From Negaprion brevirostris (Eukaryota), in contig JARDVH010000084.1 of the NCBI GenBank assembly GCA_030324005.1, positions 39,722,585-39,786,584 of the forward strand: a stretch of 64,000 nt of DNA, read 5' to 3'. Positions 24,503 to 38,278 of this stretch are shown here, one piece after another; within the stretch, counting starts at the first letter, position 1, and the number at the start of each line of letters is the position of its first letter. The translations under genes were made by a program, and so were the position numbers. The notes beneath the pieces were generated by a model. The model worked only from the letters and a program-made list of their open reading frames with translations. It was not told where the DNA came from and searched no databases.

Positions 24503-26859
24503 NNNNNNNNNNNNNNNNNNNNNNNNNNNNNNNNNNNNNNNNNNNNNNNNNNNNNNNNNNNNNNNNNNNNNNNNNNNNNNNNNNNNNNNNNNNNNNNNNN
24601 NNNNNNNNNNNNNNNNNNNNNNNNNNNNNNNNNNNNNNNNNNNNNNNNNNNNNNNNNNNNNNNNNNNNNNNNNNNNNNNNNNNNNNNNNNNNNNNNNNNN
24701 NNNNNNNNNNNNNNNNNNNNNNNNNNNNNNNNNNNNNNNNNNNNNNNNNNNNNNNNNNNNNNNNNNNNNNNNNNNNNNNNNNNNNNNNNNNNNNNNNNNN
24801 NNNNNNNNNNNNNCATACCTTAATTTTTATTTAACTGGTGAATGGCAGATGGCCTTGGAGACACTTAGACAGTGAAAAAACAAAATATGTGAGGGAGTTT
24901 TCAGATGATGAAAGATAGTTGCTAATTACTCCATAACAAGCTCCGTCAGCTGTGTGTCATTTTCCCTGTAAAATGCTCATGGTTGGCTTTCTGTGAAGTT
25001 CAGCTCTTCAACTCAAACACCAGCTACATTCCTAAATAAATTGGACTAATATACCAAGGTTGAAAGAATGTATTTAACTAGAACTGCCATCTGTGCGATA
25101 CAATCAAACTCTTGTGCAGGTTGGGTGCAAGGAGTTAGGTTGATGATAGCTTCTCAGCCCAGCAGATGAAGTTCCTTTGCATTATCCAAACAAATATGCG
25201 TAATAATTCACAGTCATCCAAATAAATATGCTCGGGAATAATTAATGAACACATGCTGAGGGGGAAAAGAAATCCATTCTACTACAGGCTTTTCCAGCCT
25301 CTGAATTGTATGCGACATGAACATATTCCATGTTCTCAATATTAGTTTCAACAGATTACAATGGTCAGTTATGGACCACGTGGGAAATTAGGGAACTTTG
25401 AATTCCTCACAGCATCATTAAAAGAATTCATTATGCATGCAAGAACCATCTGTAGGGTGCAAGGGTCCACTCATATGGCATACGATTGTCTCAAAGTATA
25501 GATATGCAATTCTATTTTGCGTTGTTTGATTTTCAGAGAGTTGTCTTCCTACGTTTCGCAGGATACAGATTGTGCTTAAGCTCAGAGATATAGCTCGATT
25601 TAAAATATAATTCAAATTGACCTTATTAACCTTCTTTCAACCTATAGCCACAATCCGCTCATCAGCAGAGCATAAAAAAATTAGACAAATTGAGGCCAAT
25701 GTTGAAAAGAAGTTTTTTAAAAAAACAAGTTCTTCAGATTTATTTTGTAAACTACTCTTTTCAAATTCACCACTGCTGTGACTGCAGGCTATACACAGTC
25801 CAAATCCTTTTCAGTATAGATCAAGTAGGTGTTACTGAACATTTGCCAGATTGGAGAAAAATATTTTTGTTTACTGACAAACTAGATGGTAGCAAGTTCA
25901 AAGCACAAGGTGCAAAGTGGCATGTTGGGAAAATAGGTGAATTTGCTCACTTCTTCGTCAAACCGCTAGATGGAGTAGTGCACAAATGTGGCAAAATGGG
26001 TGGGGTGGCAGGGGGGAACTGATGTAGAGAGATTAGAGATAATATTTTCCTCTAATTACAGATATGAAATAATACAAAGCTCATCCTATCTAATTGACTT
26101 CAGAGCAGTCAGTCAAACAGTACAACACAGGACAAGGTACATAGACTTGTGGCGCAGACAGGTGCTACAATGTCAATCAGCACCGATAGTTAATTATAAA
26201 AAGCTAAGAATGGAAAGGTTCACATTACTTGATCTCAATTATTAAATTGAATGGGTAGATGCAAATTTATTTTTAATTTTATATTATTTTGTACAGTACT
26301 TCAAAATTAACAGAAAGCTCCACCTTTGGCTTTCTGACGATAAGTCATAAGATTTCCTGCTAAAGTCATTCTAGACTGAATGAAACAATCCCTTAAATAG
26401 CTTTCTGCAGCAGTTACTCATCGTGTAACAGGACAGGTATGTGCTCCACAGCTGCTTTCTCCATTTCCAATGCACCAAAACCCTTGTGCCTAATTCCTCG
26501 AGCTGGGTTATACTATTCTCAGATGGCATTTCCTATATTTGAAGAAAACACATGCGTGCGCTTCATCAGAACTATCTCAGATGAATCATAAAAACGACAA
26601 GAAAGGGGCTGCGATTGCATAAGTAGAAATACAGGTGAATATTCAGAAAACATCAATAAGCAGGTTACCAGGAACCTAGCGTCCAATAGATTTTTTTCCC
26701 CAGGACATTTAGAGTGAAAATGAAAATGGTTCATTTTGGGGTGCTGATACCATAAACCTTGGTATTTTCCTGTTGGAAATATCCCCCTCCTTCCACTTAA
26801 GGGATCTGCTGCTTTTACGTCTAACCGCAACTCTTCCTCATCAGTCAAGAAGGAGAGAC

Positions 26860-28550
26860 AGATCAGGACACAGATTGCTCTGCACTACAGCCAATTTGAC
26901 TGACAGCATTGACTGACAAATAATGCAGGAAACACTGCAGGGATACACTCTGGGCACCTCATGTACCTCATCTGGCAAGAAGCATGCATGCTGGAGGATC
27001 TCAGGGATGCTCTGATTGTGACTGTATTCATAAACGGAGACAAGTTCAATTATGGTGACTAGAAAGGAATCTCCCTGCTGTCTGCCACATTGAGGATCAC
27101 TTTGAGGATTCTCCTCATCCACCGCCTCCCAGCTCCCGAGGAATTCCTTCCAGAGTTGCCGTTTGGTTTTCACTCTCTGAATAGCACCACAAAAGGCATG
27201 ATCTTCATTGCACAGCAAATTTTAGAAAGGTGTGAAAAACAGCATCTTCTGCTTCTGTCCCTTCATGAAAGCCTTTGATTCTGTCAACTGCAAAGCTTTA
27301 TGGAGCATCCTCTTCAAATTTGATTGCCCGCAGAAACTTTTCATTATCCTTCAACATGATGACATGCAAGTCATGATCCTGACCAAGGAAAGCACCAAAA
27401 TTCAGTGAAGACTGGGGTCAAACAAGGCGATATCATTGCATCAACCCTATTGTTCACTTCCCTCACTGAAATTCTGCACCTTACCTCCACCAAATTACCC
27501 ACAGGCTGGAAGATCATCTACAGAACAGATGGGAAAAGTGTTCAATCCATACTGCCCTCAATCTAAAATTAAATTCACTTCAACCTCAGTCACTGAGCTT
27601 CAGTATGCAGATGATGCTTGCACTCATTCAGAAACTGAGCTCCAGGTTAGTGTTAACCCCTTCTCCAAAGCATATGAGAAAATAAACACCCAGGAAATCA
27701 AGGTACCCTGCCTACCAGTTCTCCCAGAACAGCACCTTCCATCCCGATCAATTAAGATCAACAGTGAGATCCTGGAAAATGTGGACCTTCCTCTGTACCT
27801 TGGGAGCCTCCTCTAACTGAGGTCAGACACCAACAATGAAATTCAACATCCCCTCCAATGTGCCAGCTCAACTTATAGCCAACTGAGAAAATGAATATTT
27901 GAGAATCAGGACCTCAAACCCAAGACTACAATCATGGTTTACTGGGCAGCTGTGATCCCTGCACGCCTGTCAGTTTTGGAGACTTGGATGACCTAAGGGA
28001 GACACTGGGGAAGTACCACCAGCGGTGCCTTCACACAATCATCCAAATCCACTGGCAAGAAAGGTGGTCCAACAGCAGAACCCTCTCCCAAGCCAACTGG
28101 CCCAGCACTGAGGTGCTAAATAGTCAGATCCAGCTCTGGGGGCAGGACATGTCATTCCCGCCAGATTACTGAAGCAACAACTCGGAGCTTGATTACAACA
28201 GGAAATCCTCAGGCAGACAGTAGAAATGCTTTAAGGATGTCTTTAATGCAGTGTGGATAAGGTCAAACATGTCACCCACTTATAGGAGCCCCTGACTTAT
28301 GTTCAACTTGTGGAGATGATTGATTTGAGAAAGCACCAAATACAAAGAGAGGCTTCATCAAGAATGTGCAGAGGTGAAATCAAGGCATTGAAGGGAGCAC
28401 ACAAACTTCCAGAAAATCTATCTACCCAATTCTACAAGCATCACCTGCCCCAGATGCAGATTGTGCAATGGATTTAACAGTCATCTCAGAACCCATCAAA
28501 CCCAAGTATAAACCAGTCACTCTCAATCTCAAGGGGCTATATAAGAGAAG
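26860..28550 (+). mobile_element. RTE-clade LINE, degenerate RT and 3' end
   Basis: LRDALIVTVF..GD...KGISLLS, LPELPFGF, AFDSVN, GVKQG, ELQYADD, YLGSLL and HQRCL..I..IHWQ appear in RTE order, with many frameshifts. Confidence 0.85.
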
Positions 28551-28624
28551 ACATTGTTCCCTCTGCAGTTCTCTAAAGGCAATCAATTACTACATATATC
28601 TGTAAAGAGACAGAAATTGCAAAG

Positions 28625-28985
28625 GGATTTTTTAAAATTCTTTTGTGGGATCTGGGCATCCCTGGCTGGCCAGCATTTATTGCCCATTCCTAGTTGCCCA
28701 AGGGCAGTTCAGAGTCAACCACATTACTATGGTTCTGGAGTCACATGTAGGCCAGACTAGGTAAGGAAAGCAGAATTCCTTCCCTAAAGGACATTAGTGA
28801 ACCAGGTGGGTTTTTCCAACAATCAACAAAGGTCACATGGTCATTGGTAGATTTATAATTCCAGATATTTTTTATTGAATTCAAACTTCACCGTTTGCCA
28901 TGATGGGATTCAAATCCAGGTCCCCAGAACATTAGCTGAGTTTCCGCATCAAGAGTCCAGCGATGATACCACTAGGCAGTCGCTT
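28625..28985 (-). mobile_element. tRNA-derived SINE with MER131/MetaSINE-like core and CR1-like tail
   Basis: Minus strand has ggttcactaatgtcctttagggaagg...tggcctacatgtgactccag...gtggttgactct, and a tail shared with 5340-5412. Confidence 0.65.
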
Positions 28986-29569
28986 CCCCTTAGTATGCCA
29001 TAGTGTTTCCTTTCAGTAGAATAAGGCTACACCCACACCATGTACTATTACTTCCAGTTAGTTGGCTGCATTACAAATAAAAACTCCAATTTATTTTTCC
29101 TCATTCTGTTACCCGAGCAGCTTCTTGTTTATCTCCTTTAAATTACCAAAATGACTCCAGGTGCTTTCCTAATTTCTTCTTAAAACCTTTCTCCTTCCAG
29201 ACAGCACTCTGCTAGTTAGAGGGAGTACAGCTGACAAACACCACTGGAGTTGCTAATGCTATTTCAAGTAAAAACCAATGGGAGATGCATTACTCCAAAC
29301 AAGATTGATGAAGCAGCAAGTTGCCTCCTAAGAGAAATATTTCATGCTAATAAAGCAGAAAATTGAAGTCAACAAGAATGTTACAATCAGATATTGAAAT
29401 TAAATGAATTCTATCACATGTATAATTCTCCCAAGCATGGAGGCACATTCTACCTGGATAGTAGCACTGATGATATCAGATATTGGGGTTGCAAACTTCA
29501 CCAGATACTACTTTTTTTCTGAAATGGAGTGAAGCATTTTTGTTGTTGTTAACCGAGCAACTTCAGCAA

Positions 29570-30450
29570 GAAAATAAAGCTTTGCTGAAGAGGTATTTTG
29601 TCAAAACTTCCCATCTTGCGATTGTCCTGATGAGTACAAGAATATCAATGTCAACTTCATATGTAGTAGCAACGTAAGTGGTATTCAGCACTTACATGAT
29701 GGTGCTGCCAAGTCAAAAAGACGCTTTGCTTATCACACAAATGAGTAACCTGGTATACAAAATTAAGTGCCAATTAAGTGATGCTAGATATGTCGGCCAT
29801 GCGTCCCAGAGACTGACAGGTCATATCAAACAGCGTGTCCCTTGCACATATCACAACAGTCAAGGTGCAGGCCACACCCAACCAGCCATGAATGCAACAT
29901 GCAAAACAGTGTCTCTAACCTTAGATGTGATTCCATGACTGGATAATATTTGCTAAATGATCCTCAGTGTGCTAAAAATGATGCTATAAACTAATTTAGG
30001 ATTGGCAGTTGACCTTGCAATACATTTGCATGTATGGAAGCTGCATATGTTAATACACAGGGCCCTGTTCTTTGCAGACAGAAAGAATATGTACAAATGT
30101 TGTACCCATTTCAGGTAAACAAAATAAGTGAGTCATTTGTTGATTCATTTCTCAGGGCAATGCCTTGAATAATTAGAGAGAAGTGGCCAGGTTTTAAATT
30201 TCAAGCGATGCTTGTCAGTTTACTGTCAGTCACCATCAACTGGTGCACTCCCTTCTCATACAGAATAAAATTGTATTTTTTCCCCTGTCAGCAACACTTA
30301 ATTTTCCTGCTGAAATTGCTCAGTTAACATCATCAAAAATGTTACACTCCATGTCATAAAAAAAAGTATTAGTGAAGTTTGCAACCTCAAAATTTGATTA
30401 AAGTTTTCTGCAGTTGTCCAGTTGAGTGCAAGAATAAAAGCTTTGACAGG
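29570..30450 (+). mobile_element. Penelope-like element remnant with GIY-YIG endonuclease
   Basis: SNLVYKIKCQLSDARYVGHASQRLTGHIKQRVP fits the Penelope GIY-YIG pattern; flanked by repeats containing ctgatgagtacaaga and gagtgcaagaataaaagctttgac. Confidence 0.75.
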
Positions 30451-30886
30451 ATGTATTTTTTTCAGCATTGCTTGAGGTCTGTAGTACCAAATGATTATCC
30501 TTTAATTAGTATCTCAACTCCAGCATCAAGAAAGTACCACAGTGCACTTAATTTCCCATAATAGGCATTCAGCTAATTTCTTGGAATGATACTGCAATCT
30601 CGTGCCAAATGCTCTGTAGCTTAGTGGACTTGTAGTTTGTACTAGTAACATGTGTGTTGAGAATTTTCAAATTCATTTCATTTGGGACGGTGGGAAGGGA
30701 GAAATAAAATCATTAATAGATATTATAAACCAGATAAGATCTTTGAGTGTTAAGATAACACAAGCTAAATTTGCGACTTTGGGATTTACTTTCCCATTTT
30801 GTCCACTTCTGATCACATGGTGAGCGCTGACATCTCAGCGCTCACCAACAAATTTTTTACGTAAATGACAATGTAAACAGTACAAG

Positions 30887-31160
30887 GTTTATTTATTAGT
30901 GTCACAAGTAGGCCTACATTAACACTGCAATGACGTTACTGTGAAAATTCACTAGCCGCCACACTCTAGCGCCTGTTCAGGTACACTGAGGGAGAATTCA
31001 GCATGGCCAATGCACCTAACCAGACGTCTTTTGGACTGTGGGAGAAAACCCATCAGACATGGAGAGAGTGTGCAGACTCCGCACAGACAGTGATCCAAGC
31101 TGGGAATCGAACCCGATGCCTGGCACTGTGAAGCAACAGTGCTAACCACTGTGCCACCCC
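30887..31160 (-). mobile_element. V-SINE variant with alternative 3' tail
   Basis: HE1-like head and V-domain, but the tail is ttttcacagtaac...cttgtgacactaataaataaac. Confidence 0.85.
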
Positions 31161-31949
31161 ATTCGTGCACTAATGTGTATTGTTGCTGGTCCCCAGCCCA
31201 TATAAATGAGAAGGGTTAGCAATAGGAATGGCATCTAGATGTAAAATCATTCACCAAATCAAATGATGGTCAATACGAAGGATGATCAACCAGCGTTGAG
31301 GCGACCCAAGGTATCATGAAAAGTCAAAAGAGATTACTGTAAACAGCATGACATTATAAGGATTGTATTCTGTCTCACTGTTGAGAGCATATGTGGTTCT
31401 TTACAAAATCAGCAAAAAGACCTCTCAGATTTTTTTGATCGTTAACACAATAATACTTAATAAATATTCAGTGCAGCAAATCTTTTGTAATTACCTCTTG
31501 TTTATGACTACAGATAGACTGGGCCATTTTTCCATCAAAACTAGACTTGTGTCAGAATAGAGTCTATCAGTCCAACAGAACAATCACCAGTAATAAATAT
31601 AGGCTCCAGTTCTCCAGACATGGACAAAAACCCTCACTGCGAGAGTTCAGCTTTCTAGTATCATTGCATATGATATTGATTTGGACTTTTTATCACTACT
31701 GCTAATGCTTAATGCTTATCCCATCACACTCAATTTGGTAATCACTAATTTTAATAGCATAACTGCTTGATTGTGGCTTTATTCATGGTAATAAAGGAAA
31801 AGNNNNNNNNNNNNNNNNNNNNNNNNNNNNNNNNNNNNNNNNNNNNNNNNNNNNNNNNNNNNNNNNNNNNNNNNNNNNNNNNNNNNNNNNNNNNNNNNNN
31901 NNNNNNNNNNNNNNNNNNNNNNNNNNNNNNNNNNNNNNNNNNNNNNNNN

Positions 31950-32035
31950 AAGTCTGACAACACCAGGTTTAAGTCCAACCAATTTATTTGATAGTAAACT
32001 CACAAGCTTTCGAGGTTTGCCTCTTCATCACCTGA
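31950..32035 (-). mobile_element. Penelope-like terminal repeat fragment
   Basis: Near-identical to 7209-7275; the minus strand reads gTGATGAA-GAGG-caaa-CCTC-GAAA. Confidence 0.6.
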
Positions 32036-32049
32036 CGCCAAAGCTTAAT

Positions 32050-32520
32050 TCACAGTAGGATGACGTGGGAAAGGTGATGAGTAGGGAGGAATTGTTCAAT
32101 GAGGGGGTGGAGAAACAAGACATAGGATGAGTAGAATTAGCACGAAGAGGAGGCTGGAGGAAAAGCAGTCATGCTGAACGGTGGATCACAGTGGACAAGG
32201 GCCAATTATTCCTCAGGAGAAGATCGAGAGGAGCAGTGGATTAAGGTCCGATTCCATATCTGTGGGATGAGCGGAGATGGAGTTTGCTTGCTGTTTTGCA
32301 TATAGAATGAGGATGTTATTGAGAGTGGACTTTCAGCTCAGAGTGGAGGAGACTGTTGAGTTACTTCTGAGTGAGGAGCTGGAAGAGATACAATTGACGT
32401 GAGCCTCTTCAGAGCATGCAAGGAGAGGGCCCCAAGCACAGAAGCTGATGCTTGAGGCTGTGACAATGGACCCTCTGGGGTATTGAGGAGAATCTAGAGT
32501 TGGTGGGGGAATCATATTGC
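32050..32520 (-). mobile_element. Old L2-like LINE fragment
   Basis: Purine-rich on the plus strand (C/T-rich coding strand), as is typical of L2 ORF2; highly decayed. Confidence 0.35.
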
Positions 32521-33427
32521 CCTATGTATGCAGCTCCTATTATTTTATCAAATGTAAATAAAATATAAAGAGCAAATTTGATATATTTTGTTTACTATTA
32601 CTTTCTTGTGTCTTTTTAAAAACACAAGCAGGGCTATGAAGTATTCTGTCTAGCAATCTTCTGATGAAGGGCCTCTGAACCTCAACCACAGAGAGAAGCA
32701 GAATTTCAATAATAGTTGTGACAATGAGGGCTTACACTGCTGCAGAATGACCTTCACACTAAACCAATGGTTTCACATAAACATCAAGCAATAAATCCCA
32801 GCTCATATGAAAATAGCATTTTAATTTGTTTATTTAATACATTGAATGTAATTAAGCATTGCTATACCTCAAATGTAATTAAGCACTGCTGGCTGTTTAA
32901 ATTCTGGGCATTACAACAAGCAGACTTTAATAAACACAGAAAACAAATCAACCCTATCCTAACTGAAACACAAAGATGATCTGCTTCCCTCATTGTTTGG
33001 ACACCAGGCGGGTGGTTTGGGAACCAAAATGGTGTCCAATGTTTGAATTGCATTCTGGGCATCATCTTGCTAAAGAACAAAGAAGAGGCATCCTTTATCC
33101 AGATCTGAAGTCAGCATTAGTCCATTTAAATATAAATAAGGAATCAAACAACTGTTTATGGATCCTGTTGCAACTCTGACTGTACCTGAGGCAGCCATTG
33201 AGAGTACAAACTACCTTGAAGGAAGCCGATGTTAAACACCTCATCAGCATAAAAGATATGCATTTACCATGATCTCTGCTGCTCCTTGTTTGAAGGTCTC
33301 TGACCTCACTACTGACTCCAACCTCCAAATCCCCAGTGTTCCCCTGGCCCTAATCCTCTAATGCGCCACTGCTCATTCTACTGCTCCCCCCACCCCCACC
33401 CGGACCACGACCATCTCCCTCCCACCT

Positions 33428-33501
33428 TCATAGCGAGGGGGATTGAATATAAAAGTAGGGAGGTCTTGCTGCAACTGTACAGGGCACTGGTGAGGCCGCA
33501 G
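33428..33501 (+). mobile_element. CR1 LINE fragment running into an N gap
   Basis: Encodes FIARGIEYKSREVLLQLYRALVRPQ. Confidence 0.85.
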
Positions 33502-36500
33502 NNNNNNNNNNNNNNNNNNNNNNNNNNNNNNNNNNNNNNNNNNNNNNNNNNNNNNNNNNNNNNNNNNNNNNNNNNNNNNNNNNNNNNNNNNNNNNNNNNN
33601 NNNNNNNNNNNNNNNNNNNNNNNNNNNNNNNNNNNNNNNNNNNNNNNNNNNNNNNNNNNNNNNNNNNNNNNNNNNNNNNNNNNNNNNNNNNNNNNNNNNN
33701 NNNNNNNNNNNNNNNNNNNNNNNNNNNNNNNNNNNNNNNNNNNNNNNNNNNNNNNNNNNNNNNNNNNNNNNNNNNNNNNNNNNNNNNNNNNNNNNNNNNN
33801 NNNNNNNNNNNNNNNNNNNNNNNNNNNNNNNNNNNNNNNNNNNNNNNNNNNNNNNNNNNNNNNNNNNNNNNNNNNNNNNNNNNNNNNNNNNNNNNNNNNN
33901 NNNNNCCCCACACCATCTCTCCCAACTGCCAACAGTACTCTCGGCAACAACCCCACCCCCCACAAAACCAGCAACAATATTCCCAAGATATGCATTCTTC
34001 CTGGCCAATACTCTACTAAACCATGAGGACAAACTTAGGACCACCCGTAGATCCCCAGATTCTGACGCGATCACTTATCCGGAAGTCAGAGCACTAGCCT
34101 GTGTAGGGTCATACCATAGCGCTATCTGCATTACAATGAGGTCCATGGCCCAAACTGCAGGACTTGAGGACTTCCATATTTGTGCAAGGGTTAACACTGC
34201 AGGTAAGGTGCCCAAATATTGACAAGGCCAAAATTCTAGCCCAGTGTCTCCAGGAGGGACATAAAATGAACAAGAGTAGTTTAACTGTTTCAGAAAGTCC
34301 TAACTATCCAGTAAGTTACTTCCCAAAATAATTTGCTAGGTCAGCAAACTCATAATATATGCTATACAAAATATTTACATTCCCTTTGCAAATGTTCAAA
34401 GGCAAAACGATTTAAAGATTACAAAAACATGCTGGAAAACTTTGCATTTCCCCAGTGGGCAATGTGGGGGTCTGCTTTCTGGAGATGGCTGTTCTGCAAA
34501 CTGTGGCTGTTTGAAAACTCAAACCTATAATGCTTCTAAAATGGTAATGCGCATAATTAAATACTTCACTCTAAGCTGAGATAGAAACAACTGGGCCTTG
34601 CCTAGCTAATAATAATGGACCTCTATAACCAATGTAAGTCAATTAATAAACATTGTAAGAAACATTTTTTTTTTAAATGTTAAGTATCCTTAACATGGAA
34701 ATAATAAAACTTATAAGATGGTAGTCCCAGGTAGTTCCTCTTTATATTAAATAAGAGCAGAAGTACATATACTGATATGTACACAAATAACAATTACATA
34801 AACAAAAATATAACACATACAAACAAATCCTGATTGATGTAAAACTGCGTATGTATAATGATAAACTCAGGGTAAAGGAGTTCTCTTATTTTCAATGTAG
34901 GATCATCTGTCAGCTGTAGGTCAAAGTCATGACTGCAGACCGACTGTGCTCTGAGCCCTGTTGTGCTCCCAGTTGGGGGAGGATAGAAGGGAAAGGGAGA
35001 GGCAATGGTAACCTCTAATTAACCCCATGGTCTGTGGGACAAACAATCCTGCCATAAACCACTTTACTCAGCCTTTTCAGCCACAACATGTTGAAAGATT
35101 CATTCTTCATTATGACAAGTGCCACTGGTGTCTTTAACACTTTGTAACCTAAATACATGCTCTTAAACAGCTGTGAAACCATCATTACCGTACTAAGGTT
35201 AACATTAAAACAACGCTGCATTGTACCCCTCCTGACAAGCAGTGGGACATTAAGGAATAAATATGATTGCTTCAAGCACAGACAAATAAAACAAGGAATA
35301 ACAATAGAAAAGTGTCAAAGTTTTGTAAACTTTAGTGCAACAAAAAGATGTTTCTTTGTCAAATATTTATTCAGGAGAAATAAGCAGCAAGCATTCTTGA
35401 TTTATCTCAAAATCAGATAAGTGTATTAAAGGTCCAGCTATTTTTGGATGCAATTAACTTGTATTTAAATGGCATGAACATTTAAACAAAAAAATCTTGA
35501 TTATAAGCTGAACACTGACAATTTGAATATCAGATTACACTGGCCAGTGACATTTACTGCACTCTTTATAAACTGACATACCGGAGACGAAAAGCTTACA
35601 GTCACTTCTCAATCTGTTTTATAAAATACTAGACAAGTCCCCTTTTTCCCCTTATAAAGATTTAAGTTTCAGCTTTACCACGAAATCATAGTGGAAGCTT
35701 GAAAAAAACCCAAATATTTCATTAATCTCCTGCTTCCTCACTGATTCTGAAATGTTTAATGGATTACTGCAATAATATTAAAGTTCTTTCCTCACAGAAA
35801 TAATTGTGGAACTACTAAAAAATGCATTGGTCTTATCAGTGAACATAATTTTCAAAGCTAATAATGCCTTCGTCACCTACCATTTCCAATTTTTTTTTCA
35901 GCAGTAGAATTCACTTTATGTTAAAGGTACAAAGAGACGAACTTCAAATGCCCTGACTAGGACAGAGATCTTTGTAAAAAACAGTAGTTACCATGTATTG
36001 ATACTAAGAAACGAGGATAGAACATATGGCCTCTCGAGTCCGCTCCACACACTTCAACTGAAGGTCCTCCCATTAACAAAAGGTATCAAGAGGCTATCAT
36101 GCAATGTACAACTTAACAGACTACTTGAAGAATGAACAGCCCTGGTGAAATTTATAATCTAGGATTATAATTTCCACATTGTGCATTTCTTAAGTTCCAT
36201 GGCATTATAGCAGTTGAAATGAAAACCATCCGTAAGGGAGAAATATAGTTCAGTTTAGCTCAGTGAATCTTAAATCTTTTGGTTGAAGAACTCCTTTCCA
36301 AACAGACTTGTAGTCATGGATCCCTCATGCAAATTCTAATACTACTCAACAGTCATAATGTATGGGTGAATTGGCATTTTGGTGTCCATTGAATTTGCAT
36401 TGTATGCAATCCTCAAATATTTAAAACAACTTCCTTTTCTTGAACAAGGCCCAACATACCACCAGCCTTGCTATCTGCCAATCAATAAAAAAAACACCAA

Positions 36501-36774
36501 TAAAGCTACATTAATCTTCTCAAAGGAAAGCAACTTTAATTTTTGAAAGATTGTTTTCCACACGTTAGCATCGCCAACCAGGGTTTCCGTGTGATTTAGT
36601 TGCATTTAAATTCTTAAAAACATAATGGAGTATTTTACCCTTTGTCATTTCATCAGATGATAAATGATTTCGGTCTTGGACTTAGATTCTTGCACTTCCT
36701 TAACTCAGTTGTCTGGGCCAACTCTGTATGGTATTGTGCATTGTCATTTTAGAACATCATAGCTTCACTGACAT

Positions 36775-37273
36775 TTCCGGCTTTGGGTGACTGTGTGGAG
36801 TTTGCATGTTCCTTAGAATCCCTACAGTGCAAGAAGAGGCCACTTGGCCTATCAAGTCTGCACCCCACTCTCTGACAGAGTATTTCACCCAGGTCCCCTC
36901 CCCACTCCCTATTCACACATTTACCATGGCTAATTTATCTAACCTACACATCTTTGGATTGTGGGAGGAAACTGGAATGCCCAGAGGAAATCCACACAGA
37001 CAGCCACCGGAGGCTGGAATCAATCCCGGGTCCCTGAAGCTGTGAGGCAGCAATGCTAACCACTGAGCCACCTTGCTACCCCATTCTCCTTGTGGGTTTT
37101 CTCTAGGTGCTTTGGTTTCCTCCCACAGTCCAAAGATGCGCAGGTTAGGTGGATTGGCCATAGTAAGTGTGTGGGAGGGAGAGGGCCTGGGTAAGTTGCT
37201 CTGTCAGAGAGTCAGTGCAGACTCAGTGGGCTGAATGACCTCCTTCGGCACTGTAGGGATTCTTTGATTCTAC
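36775..37273. mobile_element. Nested HE1 SINEs: minus copy (~36813-37081) inside a plus copy
   Basis: The plus SINE breaks at gtttgcatgttcct and resumes at cattctccttgtgggtt, with a complete reverse copy in between. Confidence 0.85.
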
Positions 37274-37559
37274 GAACAGTGGATGAGACTGACGTGACCT
37301 GGTAAAGTGAGTCCATTGAAGGACCTAGGGTTATTCTGTCCATTCATTCAAATAGAGCTCTGTAATTAAAAATAAACATATTATATTGTGAGGATACGGT
37401 GTGTGGAAGACTGCTATCTTGGACAAGTTTAAGTTGAGAATGACTTGAATGCAGCCTTGAACTTTTGAGTAATTAAAGTTCATCACATCTTCATCTGTCA
37501 CAGTTTAGCCTCTGATTTCTCTGCTGTTTGGCCATTCATATTTTTTTTCTCGATGGACT

Positions 37560-37764
37560 GCCATTGGCAGCCTTTCCCCTGGTTTTTGTAGCTATGACTC
37601 ATCTTTTGTTCCCTCATCCTGCAGTATAAATATCTCCCATTTTCTATGCCTTTTAGCTTTGACAAAGGGTTATCTGGACTCGAAATGTCAGCTCTTTTCT
37701 CTCCTTACAGATGCTGCCAGACCTGCTGAGATTTTCCAGCATTTTTTCTTTTGGTTTCAGATTC
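37560..37764 (+). mobile_element. Penelope pLTR-derived repeat
   Basis: ttgacaaagggttatctggactcgaaa...cagatgctgccagacctgctgagattttccagca; a related reverse copy is at ~14927-15017. Confidence 0.55.
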
Positions 37765-38019
37765 NNNNNNNNNNNNNNNNNNNNNNNNNNNNNNNNNNNN
37801 NNNNNNNNNNNNNNNNNNNNNNNNNNNNNNNNNNNNNNNNNNNNNNNNNNNNNNNNNNNNNNNNNNNNNNNNNNNNNNNNNNNNNNNNNNNNNNNNNNNN
37901 NNNNNNNNNNNNNNNNNNNNNNNNNNNNNNNNNNNNNNNNNNNNNNNNNNNNNNNNNNNNNNNNNNNNNNNNNNNNNNNNNNNNNNNNNNNNNNNNNNNN
38001 NNNNNNNNNNNNNNNNNNN

Positions 38020-38278
38020 GAGATTTGAAGAAAAAATTTTTTACCCAAAGTGGGGGTGATTGTCTGGAATGCCCTGTCTGGGAGGGTGATGGAGGCGGGA
38101 TGCCTCACATTCTTTAAAAAGTACCTGGATGAGTACCTGGCACGTCATAGCATTCAAGACTATGGGCCAAGTGCTGGCAAATGGGATTAGGTGGGCAGGT
38201 CAGGACCTTTCATGCCTTGGTGCAGACTTGTTGGGCTGAAGGGCCTCTTTGGCCCTGCAGTATTCTGTGATCCTGTGA
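38020..38278 (+). mobile_element. CR1 LINE 3' end
   Basis: Encodes DLKKKFFTQ..V.VWNAL, followed by a 3' UTR ending in ctgtga repeats. Confidence 0.8.

Noticed and set aside
24303-38117. Long ORFs containing X runs (e.g. 24303-24875, 33361-34074, 37653-38117)
   Set aside because: Artefacts of N gaps being read through without stops.
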